Below, one piece after another: positions 11,858 through 22,702 of a stretch of DNA of 64,000 bases. How positions within the stretch are numbered: position 1 is the stretch's first letter; the number at the start of each line of letters is the position of its first letter. Below the pieces are notes generated by a model that was not told where the DNA came from, did no database searches, and saw only the letters and a program-made list of their open reading frames with translations. The DNA comes from Balanoglossus misakiensis. Lineage: Eukaryota; Animalia; Hemichordata. A program made the translations under genes and the position numbers. The stretch is taken from positions 3,829,957 to 3,893,956 of the forward strand of contig CM082591.2 of NCBI GenBank assembly GCA_040954595.2, given 5' to 3'.

Positions 11858-14800
11858 TTAGATGTTTGGTACGAAAAGTCCATGGATGCCGTATGGAATT
11901 TGAAGGGTGATTTCGGCTCGTCCGATTTCTTTGAAATCTCTGCCATCCAGCACGACCAGGAAATTCGGTTTTTTGGGGTCACTGCTGACAACTGAAGATA
12001 ATACCACTCCTGCAAGTGTGAGGTTGAAAATAGCAGGTATTACTCAACTTGGAAGTGTCCCCCGAACCTTTTTCGTCATCATCCGGTAACCAGCTATTAA
12101 TCAGACAGCCCCAAGCTAGGGCTAAAATTATACTTACCGTCGTCTTCGCTCGCGGGAGAAGGTTTAGACACAAATATCGGTTCTGATGGCAAATAACCCT
12201 TCTCACTCCAACTTGTCCAGTTCTTGTTTTTTACATCCACTTTGATCAACTGTAAAAAGACACAGCAAAGACTGTCAGATGGTGTTGGTGTAGTATAATA
12301 ACACAAGTTACACTCGTCTGACTTATCAAAGATCACATGCTTCCTGCGGTTGTACCTCTGTTTGTTTGTTTTTGGTGGACTCACCCCTTGGTTGTTGCCA
12401 AAGACACCGTAAATATACTGATATGGTTTGCCATTGTAGCCTCCGTAGTTGATTTGCGGTACCTCGAACGCTGAGAGAGAGAAGGGTGAGGGAGGGAGAG
12501 AGAGGGGGGAGGGGAGGGAGAGAGAGAGAGAAGGTTGTAAGAGATATCTCAAACCATAACACATATTTTAGTGTGTTTGTTCGTGTGAAGGCAACATGGC
12601 TGTATCTTGGAATCATAGCACACGAAATGCATCTACCAGACTTTATACTAATACCTTTGTCAATAATCTTCTCTGGCGTGCAGAACACAGTGTCATTTCT
12701 TGCCAGTTCGGCGGTGCAGCTTGTGTCGGGCAAAGTTACAAGGTTTGTATACGTAGATTCCTGAGAGAGGGAAACATGGTGTTACAGAAATGCGGACTTG
12801 GCTCAACTTCGAACAGGAAAGAGCCAATGTCCGCTAATACATTGGCCTTGTCTCTCACGAAAGCTAATACATGCATTACAGTGTTATTTTAACTCCGCTT
12901 TCCGAAATCATCAGCAATGGATTATTTTCTGCCAAATGCGAGACATTGCGAGACATGGTTTATTACCGCGGCAACAGTTTGGTAGCCGCGGATGAATAAC
13001 ACATTTGAGTATGGTGAAATTAGTCAATTAAGGGCGCCCTCTTGTGCGAGAATAAAGGCGTCTCTCGCCCCTTTACCGTATTCAGCGGCAGAACAAACCG
13101 CCGGCCTTCAGCTTCCTGTGCAGGTGCGGTCCCTTTCTTCAGGTCCTCGATGTATAAACCCTTCAAGACCCTGTCGTTGTCATAGCAGCAAAGGTCGACG
13201 ACAACATGGCCGCCGTCCTCGTATGCGTTGATGTGGTGGAAGCAGAAGAAGGCGTCGGCCGCGTAGGTTGTGCGCAGGCGCTCGCCGGTGTGTCGGTCGA
13301 CCAGGTGGAAGTACGCTTCGTTCTCGGGCCTGTACTCCATGCAGTCCGCTATTGTGGCGCCGCGAATCTTGCTCGTGAGGATCTTGAACATGTTGATATG
13401 GAGCGGCTGCTCCAGGAAGACAAAGTAATTCTCGGTCATGCCGAAACTGTGGTAGTACGACGGGTCCCTGCCTCTAGCCGGGATGCTGCACAAAACCGAC
13501 CACTTCTGCTTGTCCGACTCACCTGAGAAGCGATTGAGAAAAGGTAAGAATCAGCTTCTATACCTGCATAGCACTTATCGATGGAATGGTGGGTATTAAA
13601 GCCCCAAGAACTGCCCACTTTGTGCATTATCGCAACATTCCAGACCCCCTCTCTCTTCAAGTACACTCGACTTACCAGTTTTAGATGGTTCAATTTTCAA
13701 AATGTTGTACTTCGAAACTCTGCTGAAGGACGATCCCATGTTGTAGTGGGTGCCGTTTTTCAGGACATGTGGGTGGGCCGTTGCCATGTTGACAGCGACG
13801 TACTTTGCAATGTCAATCTATACATTAAAGGGACAATGACGTACTTTGCAATGTCAATCAGTACATTAAATGGACAATTAGCTTCATTTGATCAAAAACT
13901 GTTTTTGTATTTTCTACGTAGCAAAATATATTTCAGGTCGGGAGAATTCTTCTTCGATGCCTGGAGGTAAAAGGTGGACTGGCAATAGAAAAAATTGTAA
14001 CACCATGCAGCGACCCCTCGATCGTGATTCGTCAATACGACATCACGTGGCCTTAGTCATTTCGAACTGTTCCCTAGGGCATCAGTTCGATTGGTTTGGT
14101 GTGTTATAAAAAACATGATGACTGACATACTCGGTCAACAGTGTATTTTGATGAACTCGGGACTGCCGGTCACACCAAACAAGACTGTTTTAGTTGTGAC
14201 TAGCAGCACCCTCGGTCATCAAAATACACTGTTGCCCTCATTGTCAGTCATCATGTGTATAATAGTGCAAACATACCCAAATCCTCGCTACCCCCTCTCT
14301 CCCCCAAATCAAACGGCTCTCCCCTTACCTTATCGTCCGTGGTTGTATCCAGGGTGTTCGGATCAATTCTTCTCATGTACCGACTCTCAGTCATGGCAAA
14401 TAGCTCGTCTCCAAAGTACATCATGTTCACCCCGCAGTTATCGCTGTCTTCCGGTGGCTGGAAGTAAGACGCTATTCTCTTGAACAGATTCCAGCACGGA
14501 TCCGGGTGAGCGACGGTGCCGAATTCGTGGCACACTATCCGGTTAGCCGCCATGTTTTTCAGGTAGTTGTCGCTGCGGAGGTATTTGCTTTGGTATGTCA
14601 CCTTAGAAAGAACAGTGATGACGAAACATGGTGTTATAAATGTCCGCACCTTCGTTAAAGCCCCAATAATATGGGGGTCACACACACCTGTAGCATATAC
14701 TAGTATTAATCGACTAAATGCAAAAAATGTCAGCTCCTGGGGCTTTAAGTCCTCCGTCCGCAGCTTAGATCCCCATCTGATAAAAATTATATACAGTACT

Positions 14801-16485
14801 TATGCACATGTATCAGATTCAGCACTAGGATAGCACAAGTCATATTTTGAATTTCAAAAAACAAAACTTCATAAAGTTTGAGAGGGACAACCCCCACTTT
14901 TAAAGCAACTACCCCTGCCTCATGATATAATCCGTTCCTTCTGTCTAATGCAGCTACACCCCCTTCCGTGTGGTGGTATAACACCATAGATTAATCCACT
15001 GCCTGTTGCCATGTTAACGTTATGTCGCGTTGTTAAAAAGACGAGAACACGCGTGTAATCGCCGTATCTATTCTGGCATCACCATGGTTACACAAAAAGA
15101 CAAATGATTTTCCGGTCCCGTCCAGACAGCACTGATACTGTCGTGATTTGGCCGGGTCAAAGGTCGACTTACCTGGCCAGCTTTGATTTGGTATCTATGC
15201 AACATGGCCATTCCGTCGAACATATGTTGGTAAGAATCGGAGCCGACTTCGAACAAACCAGGCCCATTTCTGTACAGACTTCCCTCTATCCAATTTGGTA
15301 TTTCTCCTTTTGGGGGAAAAATAATACCAAGAAAGGAGTTTGACAATGATTTTGGCTTTTCAGTACAATCAATTGAGGTCTTTATCTTGGCTATAGAGAC
15401 ATCGTCACCATGGTAAACCTAGAGAAAGATTTCAATAGCAGCATCTTAGAGGGCGTTGGCCGTCAGAACTGCGCACTGCTTCCGTGAATAGGGATATGCC
15501 GGAGTTAAGATCAAGCAAGGAAAAAGTGACTCAGTTTCTGAAAAGGCACATTTTATAAAATTGGTCCAATACTTTTTTGTTTCTGGATGCAGCAGTGAGT
15601 GATGTGCTCCAGACAGAAGGTCTATTGTCTGTTTACCTGTAAATAAATTGAGGTATAGCATTCTTTAGAATTAAGAAAAGGGGGCGTATCCCTGTCTGAC
15701 TGTAGCGTATATGTCTCCCAGCTAACGAAAGTCATTTTCTCCAAGAACCGATATTTCGAGAAGTCGAAGAAGTCGAAGAAAATTTTATGAATATGTGGAG
15801 CTTAAAATTGATTGGCGCTGTTACCAACAGACCAGCTCTAAGCCATTGTAGTACAGAATATGCAAAGCGCAGCAACAGACAACCAAATCTGCCCCTGTCA
15901 GCAGAATATAGTCGATAGACCATGTCACGTGGTTTAAGACCCCAAATTTGCGCATTTTCCTCCACGGGTCGCGTGTTCTGAAGCCATACAAACAAATGCA
16001 GTATTTTGCGCGGATTCGGGCGAAATCATGACTTATGGTAAGGTTGGTACGTGAAAATGACTTCTGTACGCTAAACAAACTCCCATGAGACATCTATGCA
16101 AACATAACGTCTGGGAGTCGAGACACCAGGCCCTTCAGCATGTTCAGAAATAAGCTGAACTCTTCACTGACTCGTATTTCCAGTCCCAGGGGTGTAAATC
16201 CTTGTCTTTGAAGTCGAAAAAAACGACCATTTCTTTTTCTGAAATACTTTAAACTATCGACCTTCAAAGAAGAGTGCACAATATTGTCATCGGTTTTGCG
16301 ATGTCCAGGCACCGATTGGCGAATTCATAGTCTAGACATCATTAATTATTCGCCCTGTTTTTTTTCTTACCTCGAATTTTAGTCTTAATGGGCTTGGGGT
16401 GTTCATCGTTCACCGATTTCCAGAACACGCTCAAGTTGTACCGATCTTCGGAGGTGTCATCATAAGATTTTGACGCTTGTGACAT
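11858..16485 (-). CDS. Carotenoid cleavage oxygenase (BCO1/BCO2/RPE65 family), ~9 coding exons
   Basis: Motifs GEIPNWIEGSLYRNGPG, HMFDGMAMLH, EFGTVAHPDPC and PSEPIFV. Four Fe-ligand His motifs: ATAHPH, SYYHSFG, FHHINAYE, IHGLF. First exon 16485-16371; last exon ends in TAA at 11858. Confidence 0.92.
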
Positions 16486-17804
16486 GATGGTCTACCTATA
16501 CTTATGGAACAGACTGTATGAGCATAGTCCCATCCCTTTGACAGCTGCTTTGGCTGCACCGAAATTATATACCCGATTGGTCCGCGCGAAGAGTTGTTTT
16601 TGTTTGTTTTTGTTTACATGTATTGAAAACAATTTCACGTGATAGCGACGTGGCTTCCACGGTTGTTCGTGTCTTTGAGACATGCATCTCAAAGGTCGAC
16701 GTGACCTGTCGTGGATACCAGACGGAAAGTATTAGCATTACATAAGCCTTTGTTAAATCCCTGTTATTCAAGGACACACGATATGCCGATTTGTTAAAGC
16801 ACAAAACCGCAATTATGTATTTGGTCTGTAAATCAGTGAGGCATTTCATTCGCAGAGTGGATGGGTGGCTAGCAAGAGACATGCGCAAGTATGAAAGCAA
16901 AGCAAAACTGCACAAAGACAAGTCATTGTCAATGACGTAGTCCCTACCTACCAATAGATAAAGAGAACAGGTTATAGGTGGTATTAGATTAGTCCAGGCA
17001 TGTCAGTAAAGCATGACGTCACTTCCATCCATTATTTTGGAAATTATCATGTTTTGAGATTAAATTATTTGTTTGTGTGTGTAACAATCTTGCATACTAT
17101 GATGTGTCTGATTGGAGCATTTTGTAATAAAACCCCATCTTAGCTTTGTGCCTAATCAAAACTACTACAATGTGCGGGGTCTGGTTTTCCTGTGTTTTCC
17201 TGCACAGTAAACAACGTCTCAAACACTGACAGTATGTTTAGTGTTTGGTGAACCTATTCCCCGATTTCGATTTATGGTTTTAGTCGTGCGGGTACGCCCG
17301 CTGGTGACATTTGTGTACCTTGGTATTTGCGTTGGCTGTCGGTACCCTATAAAACATCTCTAGCATCAATCGATTGGTTTAGGTTATATCCACGTTTTCC
17401 GTTGAAAATGGAAACATAAATTACAGTAATTCCATCAAGGAGTTAACAATAATCTTAACATCCAGAGCAAAGTTTGCAAATGGTGAGCTGTGCTGTCGGA
17501 CATAATGTTGGGAGAATTAATCTCAGTACGGGCAAAGACCTGGGCAAAAACTATATATAGACTATAGTTTGATGACCCCAATATATATCAGTGATTTGAT
17601 TGATTAAGTCACGCACTCCTTGATACAACATGTATTACTTCAAAGATTTTTTGCGACGCACAATATAAATGACGTTTTCATTAAAAAAAAATATATGTTT
17701 GCTTTAGTCGTTTCAGCGTATTTTATTAAGAGATATACCCGTATGAATAAAATTTAATAATCATAATTGCAGATCGATGGCAACTTTTAAGTTGACCTGT
17801 GCTT

Positions 17805-19445
17805 CTAAAACTGAAATAATCGGCAAGATTGAGTGGTGAAAATATAAAAGGACGACAGGAGAGGGAAAATTGAAATGGTAAGTTGTTCACGAGTGGCGAC
17901 TGAGCTTGTCTGGGTGAAAACGCAGCTACCGTTGTCTACCGTGGCGTTACTGTCGTAGTTAGTAGCGGACGAGTAGGTGCATCCCTTTTTCTTGGTCTTC
18001 GGGATGTATGTCTCGCAATCGCCCTCCATGCACCGCAGAATCTTCCTCGCCTCCCGCTCGCCGGTGAAGAGACCCGCCTGCACGTATCCGTTCCACAGCG
18101 GGTCCGTCGCCTCGCCTCCGAAGTACAGCCTCCCGACGTTGGCCTGCAGTCGGCGGTGGCACTCCTTGGAGACCTCCACGGGCCAATTGGTGTAGGCGCC
18201 GAAGGCGAGCGGGTCCTGGGACCAGCGGTACAGCATGATTTCCTCGGCGTCGGGGATGTCGTCCCCGTAGATCTGCCGCAGGGTGACCGTCAGCTCTGCC
18301 AGAATTTCCCCGTCTGTGAGGTACTCCACCCGGCGCGACTCCTCCCCGGTGACCGTGACCATGAGCAAGTTGGTGCCGTTCTCGAAAAGACCGTCGGCTT
18401 CCAAATTCTGCCAAACGGGGAAGTACCCTCGCCTGGCGTTGCTGTATAAAATGTATTCCTTGCTGTCCCAGAATCGCGCGGAACCCTGCGGGAATTTCAG
18501 GAAAATCTTGGTGTACAGCGCCATGTCGAATTGGTATATCTCCTCGATCTTCCAGTCTGGGAGTTCTGGTTTGAAGAGAACGGTGTCGCTCTGTAGCACG
18601 CCGATGCTGAACGTCACGATCGCGAAATCGGCGGAGAACGACGACCCGTCTTTGCAGGTGACCGTCACTCCGTCGTCGCTGTACTCGATCGTTGAAACCA
18701 CTTTTCCAAGCAGGAGACGGGGGTCGTTCTCAGCCAGGAACTCGTCGGCCATGACTCGAAGAAAGTGGGCGAATCCCCGCTGGTCGGTCACGAAGAAGGC
18801 CTCCCCGTTGTCCACCGTCGCCGTCGACTTCAGCGACGTGGTGTACGGTATGTTGCCGTACTCGAAATCGTAGTCGAAGTACTCGATGGCTTTGTCCAGC
18901 GGGGTGACGGGATTCCATCCGCCGAGTCGCAACGCCGCCCGTATGGACATATCGGGGAGGTCGTTCGCCACGATTTTTTCTGTGAGTTCGTACGCATAGG
19001 CGGTGGCCCTGTCGAGATCGGGATACCGTTCAGCGGCTGCAGCGGTTACATCCTTCCCGGCCGCGTTCCTGATCACCACCGAATCCCAATCAGAGATTTT
19101 CCCTTGTAGGCCCACACTCCGGGAAATGTTGACGATCGGGTTGGTCGCCGCGTTGCCGGGTTGGATCCAGTTGGCCCCCAGCTCCACCGTCTTGCCTCCG
19201 AACTGCGCCTCCTTCACGCGTCCACCGATGCGGTCCGCCCCTTCCAAGATGACAAAATCCGTGACCCCGTTGTCGTGGAGATGCTTCGCCGCCGATATGC
19301 CCGTTGCCCCGGCACCCAGGATCAGCACACTGCGTCTCTCGGTCTCCATGGGCACGGCACCCGACGCTGGTAAACTGCACAGCACAATTGCCGTGGTGAG
19401 ATAGACAGCCATCGGCATCGGGTCGGGTGATGACTTGAACAACAT
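17805..19445 (-). CDS. Secreted flavin-dependent polyamine oxidase-like protein (plant/fungal PAO type), single coding exon
   Basis: First ATG at 19445, then a signal-peptide-like segment. FAD fold ILGAGATGISAA...LEGADRIGGR, ELGANWI, QFDMALYTKIFLKFP, RRGYFPVWQ, GRLYFGGEAT...GYVQAG. Hydrophobic C-terminal tail. Confidence 0.9.
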   Translation of the reverse strand: MLFKSSPDPMPMAVYLTTAIVLCSLPASGAVPMETERRSVLILGAGATGISAAKHLHDNGVTDFVILEGADRIGGRVKEAQFGGKTVELGANWIQPGNAATNPIVNISRSVGLQGKISDWDSVVIRNAAGKDVTAAAAERYPDLDRATAYAYELTEKIVANDLPDMSIRAALRLGGWNPVTPLDKAIEYFDYDFEYGNIPYTTSLKSTATVDNGEAFFVTDQRGFAHFLRVMADEFLAENDPRLLLGKVVSTIEYSDDGVTVTCKDGSSFSADFAIVTFSIGVLQSDTVLFKPELPDWKIEEIYQFDMALYTKIFLKFPQGSARFWDSKEYILYSNARRGYFPVWQNLEADGLFENGTNLLMVTVTGEESRRVEYLTDGEILAELTVTLRQIYGDDIPDAEEIMLYRWSQDPLAFGAYTNWPVEVSKECHRRLQANVGRLYFGGEATDPLWNGYVQAGLFTGEREARKILRCMEGDCETYIPKTKKKGCTYSSATNYDSNATVDNGSCVFTQTSSVATREQLTISIFPLLSSFYIFTTQSCRLFQF

Positions 19446-20726
19446 GGCGGTTCCCACTCGACTAAAATAACTCGTTCCTGTAAACGAGAATAAATTCACT
19501 AGCTAAAACATATGCAAATTAACGGAAATGTAATTAAGAATTCAATAAACCTGCAACATTCGCCTCTTCCCATATTACGTAATTAATTGGAGAATTGTTT
19601 TATCGTGGTACAATATGAATATTAATTGCACCCCGATATCTGCTACATTGCACATATCCCCGGCACTTCGCCGGTACTTTAACTTTATTATAGACCGCGT
19701 AAAGATAAATTCAGGAAACGCAATCCCTAATAGCGAAAGTTCAAAAGTGCAAATGGTTGACGGCCAACAGAACATTTTAGCGCAACAGGGGGTTGGAGTT
19801 GAGCTCGCCTATTCTTCCATAACACTAAACATGCATGATGCCACTAGCAGTCCGACAATGATCTCTTCTTTTGACGGTACCAGCTTTGTTTCTTGCGTGT
19901 AGCCAAAAATTAGTCCTCGCGAACGTAGCCCTGCCGGGGGACCTCGTGATTGCGCTTCGTTGGTCATAACCAAGTGTTCGTCAAATGCGTTGATCCTGTG
20001 GATATTCTGTCATTGACAACGACTTGTGGAGAACACGTGTAAATCCCCACTGAGTGTGTCAAGGTCATTGGTTTGTCATACAAGCCAAATTGCAACCTGA
20101 TTAAAATCAGATCACAGTCTTTCTATATCATAGAGGGACTGTGATCAGATGTAGATGTTGGCTCGATCGTTACCTTTCCTGATTCTTGCCTGTTCTGTTC
20201 TGTTCTGGTGTACATCCGAGAACAGAACAGTCAAGAATCAGCAAATGAAAAGATCGAGCGAACCCTACATCTGATTTTAAGCAGATTGCATCCAGGCATA
20301 AGCGTCTGGTCTCTCTGCAGCGCTGGTGTTTGGCAGACAAACCAGTTGATTGTAAAACTCTTAAACTGTGCTACTCAATCGCGTACTCACCGAACAGTCG
20401 GTCTATGGATCGGCCTATGGACACTATAGTATTTAGTATTTTCAGCACTGAAACTCTGACCTCTGTAGACATCTAAATTGGGAATGGTGCATGTATATAT
20501 CTTACTGCATGCCAACCTCACATAACACAAGATAAAGTAAACTTTCTCTCACTCAAGCATGCTTATCTTTACGACTATTAATCATTACTATGGCGACATC
20601 GGAACCACGCGGAGATATTGTACACTATGACCAACACTGATCACAAGCGCTTACACACATCACGCACAACTAAAAAATATATCAGCTGAAATCGTGATAA
20701 AAACGGCAGATATTACCAAGTTCTTA

Positions 20727-21848
20727 CGGGTTATAGCTCATGAAAATTGTCAAACATGACAAATTCTCGACTTTGCGAACTTTGGTGATTTTGTCATTTT
20801 TGGACATTTTTCATGGGTTATAGTGTCACGAGTTTTAACGCTCATAGATCTTTTCTATGATTACGTAAGAAATCATTCACTGGCATGGTTTTAGTCCAGT
20901 ATTGACATAGGTACTTTACCCAGAGTAAACAAGATTGTGTAATTGATAGAAATATTAAGATGACGTGTTCCTTTTATGACTTAATACTTGACTAACGTAT
21001 TAATAAGGAGTGGTGAAATTTGAGATCACACCATTATCACCTGAGATCCGTGATGGGAGTCAACGAGCATGGAACGAGTCGTGTAATTCTTACGTGTGAC
21101 CAGTAATAAACCAGAACTTTGTGTTACTCGGAAAACTTGTTGCAAGTCTCTGTCTACGAAAGGTTTACGATCTGCCGGGTACCTCTCTCAGACTCTATGA
21201 ATATTTTGGGTGGAGAAGGAGATGGAGAGAATTTACACCCTAAGCCTTCGGACGTGGCTGATTCCCCACAGAAGCCGATGAGGTAAACGTCCGAAGGATG
21301 GCGGGCGTAACAATAGCTCATGAAAATTGTCAAAAATGACAAATTCTCGACTTTGCGAACTTTGGTGATTTTGTCATTTTTGGACATTTTTCATGGGTTA
21401 TAGCTCATGAAAATTGTCAAAAAATGACAAATTCTCGACTTTGCGAACTTTGGTGATTTTGTCATTTTTGGACATTTTTCATGGGTTATAGCTCATGAAA
21501 ATTTTCAAAAATGCCAAATTCTCGACTTTGCGAACTTTGGTGATTTTGTCATTTCTGGACATTTTTCATGAGTTATAGCTCATGAAAAGTGTCAAAAATG
21601 CCAAATTCTCGACTTTGCGAACTTTGGTGATTTTGTCATTTTTGGACATTTTTCATGGGTTATAGCTCATAAAAATTGTTAAATGATGACAAATTCTCGA
21701 CTTTGCGAACTTTGATAATTTTGTCATTTTTGGACATTCTTCATCGGTTATAGCTCATGAAAATTGTCAAAAAATGACAAATTCTCGACTTTGCGAATGT
21801 TGGTGATTTTGTCATTTTTGGACATTTTTCATGGGTTATAGCTCGTGA
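20727..21848. repeat. 88-bp palindromic satellite, left array (~7 units, interrupted by a solo LTR)
   Basis: Tandem units of GGGTTATAGCTCATGAAAATTGTCAAAAA(A)TGACAAATTCTCGACTTTGCGAACTTTGGTGATTTTGTCATTTTTGGACATTTTTCAT. Confidence 0.95.
20824..21312 (+). mobile_element. Solo LTR, 489 bp, probably Ty3/Gypsy-type
   Basis: Termini TGTCACG...CGTAACA (TG..CA with imperfect inverted repeat), 4-bp target-site duplication ATAG at 20820-20823 and 21313-21316, internal AATAAA near 21105. Removing the element and one ATAG restores an intact satellite unit. Orientation is inferred from the AATAAA. Confidence 0.85.
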
Positions 21849-22702
21849 ATGCCAAAGCCATATCTACAAAAAATACTTCATAAAAGTGTTCTGTAGGTCA
21901 TGTAAGCAGATCATTCATCAATGGTAAAGTTTATTCAAAGGGACATCCTCTGTGTAATCTAATGCAGCAACTATCTTGGGCGAGGCGAATTTTGGAATTT
22001 GTACAATGCGAAACTATAAACAAAGTGTATATCATTACTAAGAGGTTTACAAACTTGAACGTAAACTCTTGTAGGCTTAACGACGAACAGGTCAAGGTTA
22101 TGCGTATGGCTCTCTCTTTATACGTATGCTCTCAGAAGATTGTAAGAGAGAGAGGGAGTCTTTGTCGAGCGGCGAGATCCCCGTCCCCCCCCCCCCCCCC
22201 CCCTTATCCCTTGGCCGGCGGCATGGTCCCAGGGTACCGCTGCTCAGCGCCATATTGGATCAGGGAGGCAGAAAAGAAAAACAAAAGGCTGCACAGAAAT
22301 AACCATTTGAGGGCGCACACGCAAAAGGAATAACAAACACACAAACGCTGACCTCTGACATCCACGGAGCCACGTTGAGGAATGTTTTGATATATTTTTC
22401 ATATTTTTTGCCCTTTAACAGTTTGAAAACCTGTATTTTAGGTCAAGTGGCTGCCGTTTGATTGCAAAGACGTCTATAAACCGGATGGAGACATTATAGC
22501 GGCACAGGTGAGGTATCTGCCGTTAAAATTGCCGGATTATTGCGGTCACCCTACGGAGGTCAACTTCGTCCATACCTCATTTACATGTGGTTCCATTTCA
22601 AAACAATGTGGATTTTGCTGTGAAACGTGTACGTTATCATTCCCTTCCACGCGTATTTAGAGGGATTTCCGTGTTCCGAGATAAACGTACCAAGGCCTAA
22701 GC

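Noticed and set aside
17959-19404. Overlapping or antisense ORFs within the PAO gene (likewise in the GPCR, DMRT and TRIM genes)
   Set aside because: These are shadow ORFs expected from GC3-rich coding sequence, and they contain no recognisable domains.
21140-21315. H/ACA snoRNA, telomerase-RNA 3' domain or ribozyme (AGAGAA, long hairpin, ACA)
   Set aside because: The ACA is the LTR terminus followed by the ATAG duplication. There is no telomeric template upstream and no complete hammerhead or twister core.
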